Origin: Octopus sinensis
Lineage: Eukaryota
NCBI RefSeq assembly: GCF_006345805.1
Contig: NC_042998.1
Span: 42,222,001 to 42,286,000, forward strand
DNA: 64,000 nucleotides
Direction: 5' to 3'
Shown one piece after another: positions 37,393 to 51,477 of the stretch (positions are counted from its first letter, which is position 1; every line of letters begins with the position of its first letter). A model generated the notes under the pieces. It saw nothing but the letters and a program-made list of their open reading frames with translations. It did not search any database and had not been told where the DNA came from. Both the position numbers and the translations under genes were made by a program.

Positions 37393-38405
37393 ATGATGAT
37401 GATGTGTATGTGTGTGTGTGTTTGCGCACATTATAGTCTTAGCATTCAAGTTGATCACACCTACCCATCCACACACATATGTCTATGTATGTTTGTATCC
37501 CTGTTGTATATGTTTGTGCATGTATATTGTACTGATTTACTTAAGAAAACATTGGAAGAAGAATAAAAAAAACACACTTGCTTTGTATTCAAGAATTCTA
37601 TTGTTCTCAAAGTGCAATATAAACTAAAACAAAACATATATGTATATTTATTATGTTTATTTCCTGATCTTAATTCTGCTCTTCTTTCTGTTTTATCAAA
37701 TTTTCCAGTGTGCCTGTTGACTTTGTTCTCACTTTGACCATTGCCCTCTTATAAACACTAATTTCCTCCTCTTCTTCCTCCTCCATTAACTGTTAATTTT
37801 TTTTTCTCTCCTTTACTACTCATAGTCTAATCTTTTAACACTTTCATATCTCTTTGATATTTCACCTCATTCTAATGATGTGTTTAGTCTAAGACTTCTT
37901 CCACACGGCAAAATAATTTACATTTTATTCTGCAAAGTCTGAAGATTTCTCTCTCAATATCTTGAGGAACAATTGAGTTGTACCTATTTTTATGTGTATG
38001 AATGGATTACATTTGTCACAATCTATTCCCTTTTCATGCAAGAACCCAAATTACAAAGAAATAGATAATTAAATATGATAGATAGAAAAATAATAAAAAC
38101 ACTCCATACTATCAATATTAAAATGTCAAATTAGATATAAAACAATAAAAAATAATTATTTTTCATTAAATTATAATAAATTACAATTTATCCAATCTTC
38201 AAAATATAGATCTGAATTAGTGTTACTCTTTCTAATGATTATAATTTTTTTCTTATATCCAATCTAACACATGTATAAAAACACACACAAAGTTTTTCTA
38301 TTGTGGTTGGACTCAAATAAGCACAAACATGCACATATACAAATGCACACACATGTACATACACAAACTTTTAAATATGTGGCTGGACACAAATACACAC
38401 ACACA

Positions 38406-38451
<46 letters not shown>

Positions 38452-38894
38452 ACACACACACACACACAAGCTTGCACATGCCTGGCTGGACACAAATATT
38501 CACATTAAATTGAAACTATGTCCATGTTCTTTTATCTTTTACTTGTTTCATTTATTAGACTGTGACCATGCTGGGGCACTGTTTTGAAGAATTTTTAGTC
38601 AAATGAATCGACCCCAGTACTAATTTTTTGATGTCTGTTGATCTCTTTTGCTGAACCACTGAGTTACAGGCATGTAAGCACACCAACACCAGTTGTCAAG
38701 AGGGTGGTAGAGGGACAAACACAGACACAAAGACATACATACAAATATATATATATGAACTTATTTCAGTTTCCACATACCAAATCCACTTACAAGGCTT
38801 TGGTTGGCTTGAGGCGATAGTAGAAGATACTTTGCCAACGTGTTATGCAGTGGGACTGAACCCAGAACTGTGTGGTTGGGAATCAAGCTTCTTA

Positions 38895-39106
38895 TTTCTT
38901 TACTGCCCACAAGGGGCTACACACAGAGAGGACAAATGGATTAAGTTGATTATATCGACCCCAGTGCATAACTGGTACTTATTTAATCAACCCCGAAAGG
39001 ATGAAAGGCAAAGTTGACCTTGGTGGAATTTGAACTCAGAATGTAGCAGCAGACGAAATACTGCTAAGCATTTCGCCCTGCATGCTAACGTTTCTGCCAG
39101 CTCACC
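38895..39106 (-). mobile_element. S2 SINE nested in the tRNA head of an S1 SINE (38545-39150)
   Basis: TSD AAGCTTCTTA at 38885-38894 and 39128-39137. Confidence 0.85.
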
Positions 39107-41371
39107 TTTTTTTTTTTTTTTTAAATTAAGCTTCTTACTACACAGCTATGTCTGTTCCTATATTCAAGATTAGTATATTTTCTTTTTCTGTCACATGGCC
39201 TTTTCAGATTTTTGAATGATAGTTGGAATTTAAAAGAGTAAATTCCCTATGTTCATATTTCATTATGATTTGTTGGTCCATTTTTAGTCTTATTCTCAAG
39301 AGGATATATTTTGAATAGTCTTACATCAGCATTTCGTATTTAATCAAACATTAAAAGTAGTTTGGTTCTTATTGGATGAATTTACTTTTGAATATCTCGA
39401 TTTCTCTATGGATAAAACCAGTTTTAAATTTCTTAGCAGTTAACTGAATAGCTTCTGCATATTACTTTTGATTGATCTTTTTAAACATTTTAATCTGATA
39501 TAAGTATCTGGATATGTAAAAGGATTCTACTATTAGTATTTCAAATCTATTTGAATAAATACAAAACAAAGGGAATTTACCAAAGATATAACATCAACTA
39601 TATATAATTTAAAGAAAACCCATCTCTCATATACATAAGCTTATTATTTATGTATATATAACCTACACACAGTCTGTTTTGATAATTTTGCAACATCTGA
39701 AATTGACTGTGAAATCTATTATATAAAATCTGTTCTGTCTGTGTGTGTGTGGGCATCCTCCATCCGATTGCGCTCAAATTTGATATGTAGATACAGACAG
39801 TATCAGGGTGTGTATAAGTCTTGAAAAAATTACAAAAATCAATTCCAGGTGAGAATGTGATCGATAAAGCCGTGGGAACGTGCATTTGTAAAATCATTTT
39901 TCTTGGAATAGAAAAAAGTCTATCTTTATTTCTTTTGCTGGTGTCTCAAATTCAGGTTAAATCAGTGTTTCTCAAAGGGGAGGCCTGTGGGACGGTTGAA
40001 CAAGTTGTTTTGAGAAAATTTGGTTTAAATGTTTGACAACTCAGCACCGTCCATTGGACGGGGGGGGGGGTTGCTCTTCTATAATATTCATCTATGGATC
40101 TATATATGTAATATTTTAACTATGGAATGGAACTAAAAACATATCAGTATTTATACTATTAATACTATTCATACTATTCTTAATAAATGTAAAAATTCTT
40201 GAATAAAATCAAAGATATAATGTTTATAGAAACAATATTTATTTATGTTATTCATAAGATGACTGATAAATATATTTTAAATTAAGTATGATATATATAT
40301 ATTATGAATATATATTTTTTTCTAGAATCCACAGTTCATTGGAGTGGTTACTGTTCTTCACTGGGCAGTAGGTTTAAATCTAGCCATATGTACTTTTCTC
40401 TGATATGAAAATGAAGATTCAGTAGAGTACATTAAGATTTGTTAAAGCTTTGCCTCTATAGTTATGTCAGAGCAGAATAATATTTTGGAAACTGAATGTC
40501 TTCAGTTTTGTTCCATAGTTAAGGTTACTTATTTCTTGATATAACAATAAAAATAAAAGAAATCAGCTCTCTAGAAAAAAACTGCAGTAAGTGTATAACA
40601 AAGAATATTGTTTTCAAAGATGTCCTTGTCCAAGACTGTGCCTGTAAATTATGAATTAAGTTTTTCACAGTTCTTCTATAACCAGATGCCATTCCTGATG
40701 CAAATCCTCACCTGCTTCCAATCAAGATTATAACCCTTTAGTCTACTGAGCAACAAACAGCTGGGACATACTTTTGTGAAGAACTGTTTAATGGTAGAAA
40801 GAGTATCCAGCTTGAAAAAAAAGCAAAAAACCCAAAAAACAAATAAAAGAACCAACAATGCATGCATGGGAAAATGTAAGCAGTACAACAAAAAAATATA
40901 TTTCACTGCATGACCAAAATTTGTATGTTAAGTAAATGACTCCCAGGCCCCGAGATGCTTGAGAGCTGGTGCTTAGCTCTAGTTTCATTATGTGAAGTGG
41001 ATAACAGAGAATCGTCTCTGTGGATAGAACACCAGTTTACCACAAGTATAACATTCCCAGATGATCTGGTACTTGTTTTCAATATGTAAATGATTTGAAG
41101 TAATGTAAAATAAATTGTTCTGTGCAGAAACAGAACAAAACTCTTTTAGCAGATGTGAATTCATTATTCATAATTAGGTAGTGCAGTTTCTTATCAGATT
41201 AGCAATTTTCACTTCAACAGATTGTACTTAGGCATTATAAATGTTGTTTTCATTTGAATGTCCTCACCCAGTTCTTTGTAAACAAATATCATTGAACCTA
41301 CCTCAAATACATACATACATACATACATACACACATACATACATACATACATACATACATACATACATACA

Positions 41372-41402
<31 letters not shown>

Positions 41403-41499
41403 GTGCATGTGTGTGTGTACCTAAGCGCATGAATATATATTATTTCATTCTTTTAATAGTTTCATAGGATTGTGGCCATGCTGGAGTACTGGAGTACTT

Positions 41500-41791
41500 T
41501 GAAATAATTTTTAATTTTATTAATTAGTTTTCTGATGGTCTGGAATTGAAACAGCTGTAAGGGATGTTTGTCAATTTTTTAATTAATAAATAATAATTTA
41601 TCAATTACCTCTCTATTTTCTTATCTCATAATAAATGAATATATATAAACCATGGTTTATATAGTTACCTTGCAGTTGAGTATTAACTGTAGTGGTCAAC
41701 ATTCTTTGTATTTGGTAACTAACCAGTGCTTTCATAGGATTTTGCAATCCCTGAATGAGGTTTGTAACCTTTGTTTGTACTTCTGTATATA

Positions 41792-41810
<19 letters not shown>
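41500..41810. mobile_element. PLE-derived repeat family B (second copy at about 58440-58690)
   Basis: Shared ttacctt(g/a)cagttga...ggatttt...atccct(g/t)aatgaggtttgtaacct block next to (TA)n. Decayed hammerhead remnant. Confidence 0.5.
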
Positions 41811-41832
<22 letters not shown>

Positions 41833-41878
41833 AATAAACACTTGTACTATTTATTCAATCTTCACTTTAGCTTTATAA

Positions 41879-41916
41879 TCAGAGTTCTTTCATCACACAT
41901 GTGACCTCTTCAGTGA
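41879..41916 (-). ncRNA. Minimal hammerhead ribozyme motif (third PLE-type family)
   Basis: UCA-CUGAAGA-G-GUCAC-AUGU-GUGAU-GAAA-GAAC-UC-UGA. Canonical core, 5-bp stem II, CUC triplet, 3-bp stem I. Confidence 0.55.
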
Positions 41917-42220
41917 GTTTCTGTTCCTCATATCTCTACTCCTCTCTGGTCTTGTCCTGTCTATTACATTTTTTCTCTGTTATGTAACCCTATCTGCGCA
42001 TGCGTTTATGTCTTTACCTGTATTAGTGTCTGTGTTGTAGGATATGTGTGTGTCAAGTGTGCATCTATGGGTTTGTGTAATACTCTGTTTGTACCCTGAA
42101 TTTATTATTTTTCATTCTGTCCTTAGTAGTTGTGGCATGTTGAGGGGAGTGGGGGGGTGCTATTGTTCCATTGATATTTTTCTGCTGATTTTCAGTCTGT
42201 TCTATGTGTTAATTAGATTC

Positions 42221-42262
<42 letters not shown>

Positions 42263-42391
42263 ATGTGTGTACATATATGTACATATATATATGTGTATAC
42301 ACACACACACACTCACACACACTCACACACACGCACACACACACACACACATATGTATGCATACATATATATATATACATATTCATATATA

Positions 42392-43617
42392 TCAGGCTGA
42401 GTAAAAAGTGAGTAACGTTTTGGAACATGAAATTCATTACAATATATTTCAACAATGCGGAAATTTCATTCATCAAAGTAATAATCATTACAATCAACAC
42501 ATTTTTGTCTATGAGTTACAAGTTTGTTTATTCCGGTAACATAAAAATCTGGAGTTCTGGAGCTGATGAACTCTTTGAATGCAATTTCAGCATCAATTTG
42601 ATTTTTGAACTCCTCTCGCAGGAAACCATCAAGGTGCTTGAAAAAGTGGTGATCAGTAGGAGAAAGGTCTGGGGAATAAGCTGGGTGGGCAAGAACTTCG
42701 TAGCCTAGTTCCCTCAACTTCTGGAGTATCATTAGTGAAATGTATGGTCAAGCATTGTCATGAAAAATGATTGGCCCTCTGCTGTTGACCAGTTTGGGAC
42801 AGAGGAGTAGCAGTTTCTCATTCATTTTGGCAATTTCATGGCAATATGTTTCTGCAGTAATGGTTTTTCTGAGTTTTAAGAAGTTATAGTCGATGAGTCC
42901 AGCAGAACACTACCAAGCAGTCACTATAACCTTCCTTCTGAAGAGCTTGGGTTTAAGGAAGGTTTTTGGTGCTTCATTTTTGTCCAACCACTGTGAAGAA
43001 TGTTTTTTTATTATTGTACAGAATCCACTTTTCATTGCAAGTTGAGAAATGGATCAGTCTGGTTATGGAGAAAAAATGATGAACAAATTGCATATCAGCA
43101 CATTTTCAGATTTTCATTCAAATCGTGTGGCACCCCATTTGTTGAGCTTTTCTGATCACACACAAATGGTTGCAGGCAGTTTTCTGGTTAACTTGAGGTT
43201 CTTTTGCCAGTTCTTGAGTGGTTTTACATAGACCTTTCTCAATGACAGTCCTTAATTGACTGTCATTGATGAAAGATGGGTATCCACTATGCTTATGATC
43301 TTCAAGGCTCAGGTCTCAACTGCGAAATTGTTTAAACCATTTTTGAGCTGATCACTCACTGGTCATTTCCTCACCAATGTTTCATTGAAATGTGCAGTTT
43401 CAGTTGCTTTATGTCCTTTTTTTGAAGTTGAATAGCAAAATTGCTTGAATATCGCACTTTGACAGTTTCAGATGTTTGTAATTATTGATGCATTTGGGCA
43501 AGTCTATGTCTTTATTATTAGACAATTGCAAAAAAATGTTTAAAAAATTCAAAACTATACAAAAATCTGGTATAAATTCTTCATGGTTCAAAACATTGCT
43601 TACTTTTAACTCAGCCT

Positions 43618-43619
<2 letters not shown>
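42392..43619 (-). mobile_element. Mariner transposon, degenerate (about 1.23 kb)
   Basis: TA-flanked TIRs TCAGGCTGAGTAAAAAGT / ACTTTTAACTCAGCCTGG. ORF 42466-42732 contains HPAYSPDLSPTDHHFF. Confidence 0.9.
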
Positions 43620-43658
<39 letters not shown>

Positions 43659-45774
43659 CATAAACACATATATATATAAATATACACATATACATATGTG
43701 TGTGTGTGTGTGTGTGTGCATGCATGTGAAACTGCATCATCAAAATACATTTGTTTCTCTATTTTCTGTAAGTATAATATATTGTTCTGAAAACTAGAAT
43801 AACCTATTATGGTATTTTCCTACTATTATTGCAATTGAAACATTTCAGAGAAACATATTGTTAGGTTTATTGTTGTTCCAGTATTCAAAAATTCAAAAGA
43901 ATGCTATCAATAATTTTGCACCTTAGTTCTGAACTTGGTTATGGTATACCTTTATTTTTAAAATACAATTTGTCATTTGTCAAGATGAATGATGAAAACT
44001 AATTATTCATTTGTATTACTAAAACTACAAAAGGAACTTCATCATCTGTCCTATTGACTAATGCTACCATAAATAAAGGAAGATCAATTACTACATTCTA
44101 ATGGCTGCTGTGGTTAATCCCCTCATCTATCTTATATGGACACCTTTTAACTGATAAATGCTGAGACTTCAAAGAGCCATCTTACTTATATGAGAAAATC
44201 AATGTGTTCATTGGCAAAGATTTAGTTTGAAAGAAATCTCTATATATATCACCCAGATGTTTGAATGAATATCACAAAAATAAAATCTGGAATGGCAGAG
44301 TAGAAAAATATATTCCTGAACAGCAACCATAATATTACCCTCATGTAATGGATGGTGAATGAATGACAGTAAAAGTTTCATGCAGAAAATGAAAATGTAT
44401 GTAGGAAGAATATTGATGTGCAACAATGTGTTGGTTACTTAGGATTAATGCCAGAGATGTGATTGATACATTTCATTACCATTCTTCTGAGCTGTCAATT
44501 AAATATTGTACTATCTTCCTAACAAGTATGATGTCATAATTAAACAAAGGACAAAATTATACACATGTAGGGATCATAAACATAGTAAATCACATGCAAA
44601 AATGTATAGAAATATACATCCACAGAAACGAAGAATATGAGTGGAATGCCCATTTTATGACATCTACTAAGTGCAGATGTTAGACCTAATAGTTCTCCGA
44701 GAGAGAAAAAGGTAATTTGAAGTTTTATCAAAATTAATTCTTCAGTAGATATAGATGCCATGCCATATGACAGGTTTTAGCCATAACTATATGTAATAAC
44801 TAGATGCTTTAAAGAACCAAATTGATCTCAAAAACAGTGAAAAAAAAAAATGAAAGTACCAACTGGAGATTTCATTACTTTCGTGCTCTCAGGACACAGT
44901 GTGATGCGACTGTTGTTATCATTAGGCCTAACTCATCGTAAAGTAAATACCACCATGATCGATATCCAAATTACAGTGGAAAAGGCTAGCCACTGGATTT
45001 GGTTAAAAAGAGACGATGAGCAATGGCTAGAAGAATATTGAGCTTTATTTGATAACCAGTTGATCTAGCAAGTGGGGCCTCATATCAGTGAGGCGGGCCG
45101 ATGCGCAATGATGCCGTCGAGAGGTAGGCCCCGAAATGGCACACATTCTCTCCTGATGGCCCCATAAACATGCTGGCATTTGGTATGCAGAGCTGGTAGC
45201 ACTTGCATGTGTAAGTTGTTTGAAAATCATCAATATCTTTGTGGACAGAAAAAGAGTGCTCATGATTTTGTTGGGATTTCATTAGTTACTGAATAGCTGG
45301 ACAAACTGCTCCATAGCATTTCTTCTCGCTTTATGTCCTGAGTTCAAATTCTGCTGAGATTGACTTTGCCTTTCATCCTTTTGGGGTTGATAAAAACATG
45401 TACTAGTTGAGCACTGGGGTAGTGTAACTGATTAGCCCCTTCCCATCAAAATTTCAGCCCATGTGCTTATAGTAAATAAGATTATTACTATGGGCTTAAG
45501 TTGAATGGATAGACCAATTTGAAGCTAGATTGATTAATAAATTGCTAATACATAAGCAGTGTTGCCAGCAATTTCTTAGAGGATACAGATGTCACTGCTA
45601 AAATAAATTATTGGACATAAAATGAGGAATCTAAATATTCTATACAAAGATTATGGGCTAACATTTGTTTCCATGATTATTGAGATTCTTGTATATGTAA
45701 CTATATTCCTTAGATAATTTTAAGAAGTTGAACTTTGTAACAGATAAATTTGCAAACTACAAATCTCATTCAAC

Positions 45775-46385
45775 TATCATCATCATCATTATCATCATCA
45801 TTTAGCGTCCTCTTTCCATGCTAGCATGGGTTGGACGGTTCAACTAGGGTCTGGGAAGCCAGAAGGCTGCATCAGGCCCGGTCTGATCTGGCAGTGTTTC
45901 TACTGCTGGATGCCCTTCCTAACGCCAACCACTCCGTGAGTTTAGTGGGTGCTTTTTACGTGCCACCCGCACAGGTGCCAGACGGGGCTGGCAAACGGCC
46001 ACGGAAGGATGGTGCTTTTTACGTGCCACCGGCACGGGGGCCAGTCGAGGCTGGCGACGGCCATGATCGGATGGTGCTTTTTACGTGCCACTGTCACGGG
46101 GGCCAGGCGAGGCTGGCAACGGCCATGATCGGATGATGCTTTTTACGTGCCACCAGCATGGGGGCCAGGCGAGGCTGGCGACGGCCATGAACGGATGGTG
46201 CTTTTTACGTGCCACCGGCACGGAGGCCAGTCGGGGCGGCACTGGCAACGGCCACGATCGGATGGTTCGCTTACTTGTCACTGGCACTGGTATCACAGCT
46301 GCAATTTCCATTGATGTTGATCGACTTCGATTTTGGTTCTGTTTTCTGATATCTGATTTGATTTGATTTTGATTTTGATTTTGAT
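45775..46385 (-). mobile_element. RTE 3'UTR copy, same subfamily as 3536-4065
   Basis: Shares ttttggttctg(c/t)tttctgatatctgatttg and the module array. Truncated near the ORF stop. Confidence 0.88.
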
Positions 46386-47297
46386 TGAGACTTTCAAAAA
46401 ATACAGATACTCAGTCTCTAATTTGCATAAAGTACTATCTGATAAACAAAGAATTTGATAATAAAAAGAAAAGAAAGGAAAGAAAATATAGATTTTGTTA
46501 CATTTACCAAGGCCATCTAGAGTGTCGGGTATTATGGCTCATTAAACCGATACCAACACATGCTGGTTCTCATTTTTCAAATCCCAGAGGATAAAAGATA
46601 AGCAATGACTCCAGTGGGATTTGAACTTAGAAGAAAGAAATTAAATATTATTATTGCTGAGCATTTAGCCCAGTACCATCATACTGTTTCCAACGAAGAT
46701 AAATATTAAAAAAAAACATGCATGCACACATACACATGCACACACTCACACATTCACATGCATGCACATACACACAGACACATTTGTTCACAAACACACA
46801 CATTTACATGTGCAAATAATCATAGTTTTTATTTTTCAGAGGGGTTATGGTGGGGTTATCATTATGATAAAAAAGAGCTCCTGCACTGTGTCACATCTTT
46901 CTGCCTAACCTATTCCCACCCATTCACCGCTGCTAACACTCAGAAATCCATATCAAGCAAATGAATCTCATATTTCTAGTGTAACTTTGTTGACACTATG
47001 GTACAAAACAATTAAACAATTACATTTCAGTGAAAACAGCAATGTTGAGAAAACAAAGAATATCAGGAAGTAACTTCTTATTCTAACTGGTTGATAGCTT
47101 TATATGTTTTATATTTCATAGGGCTTTATTCTCTCTTATTTTACTCATTTATGTTTCTTTTGTTTATGACACACACCCTTCTGAAAGAAAAAAAAATCAA
47201 AACTGGAGTTCCCTAAAACAATTAAACAAAGATTTATTGTGGATATTGTTATTGTTGCTATTGCTGTGCAGTCCCAGGTCTGTGTGGTTCAAACAGA

Positions 47298-47745
47298 TCA
47301 TCATCATCATTATCATCGTTTAACATCCGCTTTCCATGCTAGCATGGGTTGGACGATTTGACTGAGGGCTGGCAAACCAGATGGTTGCACCAGGCTCCAA
47401 TCTTGATCTGGCAGAGTTTCTACAGCTGGATACCCTTCCTAACGCCAACCACTCCGAGAGTGTAGTGGGTGCTTTTGTGCGCCACCAGGATGGGGCCAGT
47501 CAGGCGGTACTGGCAATGATCTTGCTCAAATCTTTTTACACATGTCACTGTCACAGGTGCCAGTAAGGCGATACTGGTAACGGTCACACTCGAATGGTGC
47601 CTTTTACGTGCCACCGGCACGGCAGCCAGTTAGCCGCTCTGGCAACGATCACGCTTGGATTGTGCTCTTAGCACCCTACTAGCATGGGGTTCAAGTACCA
47701 ATAAGGCGACGCTGGTAACGATCACACTCGGATGGTGCCTTTATG
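47298..47745 (-). mobile_element. RTE 3'UTR copy
   Basis: catcatcgtttaacatccgctttccatgctagcatggg start, followed by diverged modules. Confidence 0.8.
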
Positions 47746-48579
47746 ACATATATTGGTACAATTTAGAGATCGAGTACTTCAGATATACAATGTCTCTATG
47801 AAATCAAAGACTGAATTGTGTACTTCAACATAGTTTACATTATTGGATTCAGGCAGTGAGCTGGCAGAATCGTTAGCATGCAGGGTGAAATGCTTAGCGG
47901 CATTTTGACCGTTCTCATGTTCTAAGTTCAAATGTCACTGGAGTCGACTTTGCCTTTCATCCTTTCAGGATCAATAAAATCTATACCATTTGAATACTGG
48001 GGTCAATGTAACCAACTATCTCCCTCCCTGAAATTTCAGGCCTTGTGCCTATAGTAGAAAGGATTATGGGATTTAGAGAGGTTGTTTGAGTTTGATGCCT
48101 TTTTCTCTCAACTATTCAATCTGTTTTTATATATTCAGTTGGAAAGAAAGTCCTGTCACATTTAAAGATGGGAAAGAAACAAATGCTTCTTTGGTCTTAA
48201 TTGATTTTTACAGTCAAGATAATATTTTCCTTCATTATTGATAATATAATCCCATCATCATCATCATCATCGTTTAATATCCGCTTTCCATGCTATCATG
48301 AGTTGGACGATTTGACTGAAGTCTGGCAAACCAGATGGCTGCAGCAGGCTCCAATCTGATCTGGCAGAGTTTCTACAGCTGGATGCCCTTCCTAATGCCA
48401 ACCACTACGAGAGTGAAGAGGGTGCTTTTACGTGCCACTGGCATGAGGGTCAGTCAGGTGGTACTGTCAAATGGTGCTATTTTGTTCCTTTGTACACAGT
48501 TTTCAGAGGGTCAAGTTTGACAAAACTTGATCATTCAGATTGAGGGCAATCTGCAAGAGAAAAATTTCCTTAGTGAAAC

Positions 48580-49080
48580 TGGCTAAACTATTATTAGCAT
48601 GTATGGACATTATAATTTCCTTTTCATAGACAGAATGAATATTTCTTGCCACTTTCATTGCTGAAGAGCCCTCTTTAAAGTCATACTGTATGCATTGTCT
48701 GATATGGGTTTGATCTCAACTCATTTTAAAATGGTAAAATCAATATGAATGTGTTGCCATAAAGGAGATTATTTTTAGTTTCATGAGATTGTTGAAGGTG
48801 CTTTTAGGCTGTCAGTGTTTTGTTGGTGTATTTTTCACTCTTTATGTCTTAGATATACAACATACATTGGCTCCTCTGGTTGGTATTGGAACAAGTAATA
48901 ATCTGAGGGAGCTAGATCTGGACTTTATACTGGCTATTGCATCAGTTTGATTCCCTCAAGTTCCTGGAATTTATTCTGGGTCATTCAATGGCATGAAGTC
49001 TTGCATTGTCTTGTTACAGAAGAGCTCACTTTTAATCAATGCTGGGTATTTTTTCCACACTATGGCATATATCCATGAGA
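48580..49080 (-). pseudogene. Old mariner transposase relic
   Basis: Minus strand gives LL*QDNARLH, resembling mariner QQDNARPH. Heavily broken. Confidence 0.45.
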
Positions 49081-50098
49081 TGTTGAGTGCACCTCATGCT
49101 TCTTGCTGGATTTGCCTCTATGGTTTGGAGCATGGCTTTGGAATCCACAGTTTTAGGCCTACTGACCTTGCCTGATTGTCAAGGTTCTTGCAACCCCCAA
49201 AATGCACTGTGGATCAACTGTGCATTCACCTTTTGCACAACAAACTTTCTGGTTGCTTCTGCAACATTATGGCCGAGTTCGAATTCCTAAAGCATAGGTT
49301 CTCAAATTAGACTATCTTGCATGTTCATCTGTGCAGTTTTCAAATGACACATAGAATGAAGCAATGCACAATGTGTCAGCACACCAAAAACCACGATACT
49401 ACCAGCCTCGGTGGGTGTCATCCATAGCTTGAACTGCTTCGGTCATGTAGTATACACACCACAAACTAACAGTATTGCAAAACCTTTGACTTGCCTCAGT
49501 AGTACAATTTTGATTGTGTTGTCATCTTCATCTGATAAACAATTATTTTTTCATTTACTGGGGGAGGGTACTTGTGTCAATATATGGTTGAGAAGAAAAA
49601 TGACTAAGGTCTCCTTGAAAAAGCAGCGTGGTAAAATGTGAAAGTAACTTCAAGTTGATAAATTTTCTCAGTATGAGCTAAATAGTGATTGTTAGATTTA
49701 GAATTGTTTTATCTCATGTCACAGTCAAATTATTTCTTATTTTCTTTTCAAAGTTTGTTAAAACTTCATGATTCTTTTTCAATGGTATGGGAAGAGAAAG
49801 AGAACACTTCTCTCTCCCACACTCCAGCCATGTCAGTTTCACCCTAACATCTTTGCTGTTTGATTTCTTTTGAGATAATCATACCATAAAGATAAGTATA
49901 GAATTTTCCCATGTCTTACATGTTGTAATTTCTTTTTCACTAAATCTAAGATAAACTGTTTCTTTGTCTTCTTTTTCCTCTTGAATATAGGCCATTTTGA
50001 TGCCTTTAGTTTCTTGTCATTTACTTTTTGCTTAGATTTGTAGAAGGCAGCTGAGTATCATTCGGAAATTATTTGGGTATGATATACTGTTTAGTAAG

Positions 50099-50455
50099 TA
50101 GGAGTGGCTGTGTGGTAAGTAGCTTGCTAACCAACCACGTGGTTCCGGGTTCAATCCTACTGCATGGCATCTTGGGCAAGTGTCTTCTGCTATAGCCCCG
50201 GGCCAACCAATGCCTTGTGAGTGGATTTGTTAGACGGAAACTGAAAGAAACCTGTCGTATATATGTATATATATATGTGTATGTGTGTGTGTTTGTGTGT
50301 CTGTGTTTGTCCCCCTAGCATTGCTTGACAACCGATGCTGGTGTGTTTATGTTCCCGTTACTTAGCGGTTCGGCAAAAGGAACCAATAGAATAAGTACTG
50401 GGCTTACAAAAGAATAAGTCCCGCATGGCCGCAGTCAAATGACTGAAACAAGTAA
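50099..50455 (+). mobile_element. SINE family S1 copy
   Basis: Head ggagtggctgtgtggtaag and full body. Confidence 0.85.
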
Positions 50456-50713
50456 AAATAAAAAAAATTAAAAAATAACTAAAGAAACTGAAAAGACAGA
50501 ATTGTTATGTGTCAGATTAATCTCATTTTCTTCATACACCCTTGCTGTCTCTTTCACTTTTTATAGCTCTTAGACTCATATATACATGCAAGTACACCAC
50601 ATCATTACAATCCAAAATATTTATGAATAATGAGGATAATTTGATAATTGTGATAATGATGATGATGATGACGATGGTGGCAATGACAATGGTGGTGGTA
50701 CTGATAATGAGGA

Positions 50714-51127
50714 TACTCTTTTACACTTTCCAGTCATCTGATTGTGGCCATGCTGGAGCACCATCTCAAAGGGTTTCAGTTGAAGAAATCAACCCCAGGA
50801 CTTACTCTTTGTAAGCCTAGTACTTATTGTATCAGTCTCTTTTGCCAAACCACTAAGTTTTGGGGACATAAACACACCAACATCAGTTGCCAAGCAATGG
50901 TGGGGGACAAACACAGACACAAAGATACACACACACATAAATATATATATGTATATATATATATATATATACGGCAGGCTTCTTTCAGTTTCCGTCTACC
51001 AAATCCACTCACAAGGCTTTGGTCGGTCCAAGGCTATAACAGAAGACACTCACCCAAGGTGCCACACAGTGGGACTGAACCCTGAACCATGTGGTCAGGA
51101 AGCAAGCTTCTTACCACGCAGCCATGC
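50714..51127 (-). mobile_element. SINE family S1 copy, inverted relative to 50099
   Basis: Reverse complement of the S1 body and head. Confidence 0.85.
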
Positions 51128-51286
51128 AATAATGACAATAATAGGGGTGGTGGTGTTGGTTGTGGAAACAAAACCAAGATGTAAAGTGGCATGGTAGAGG
51201 CTGTGTGTGGCGGGATCATTATGGTTTGTGTGATACTATATTTGGAAACACTAACTGGTTATTTTGGTTTTTCTTTCTGTTCAAAG

Positions 51287-51477
51287 GTCACTCAACTACA
51301 TTTGAAGATTGTAATGTGGATGTGCCATCTTGTGATTCACTTATGTCCAGATCGTGAGAGTTCTTCAAAAGAAACCCTGGAAGTCCTTTACTCCACTTAT
51401 CCTTCACCTACTGAAGTCGTGCAAGAAGGGGCTTTGATTTTTCCTGTTGTAGAAACTCTAACTGAAAAGATTGCACG
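51287..51477 (+). CDS. AXDND1: AXDND1-like exon g (VTQLHLKIVMWMCHLVIHLCPD...TEKIAR), phase 0 to 2, after a 27.6-kb intron
   Basis: ttctttctgttcaaag acceptor and CG|gtaact donor. Matches recalled human MDELHISMIQWMVNLLILMIPN and continues directly from exon f. Confidence 0.85.

Noticed and set aside
46840-46964. Candidate exon EGLWWGYHYDKK... (also 40326-40367 and 43882-43942)
   Set aside because: Exons f and g already join in phase and colinearly with the homologue. These candidates lack homology or a usable donor/phase.
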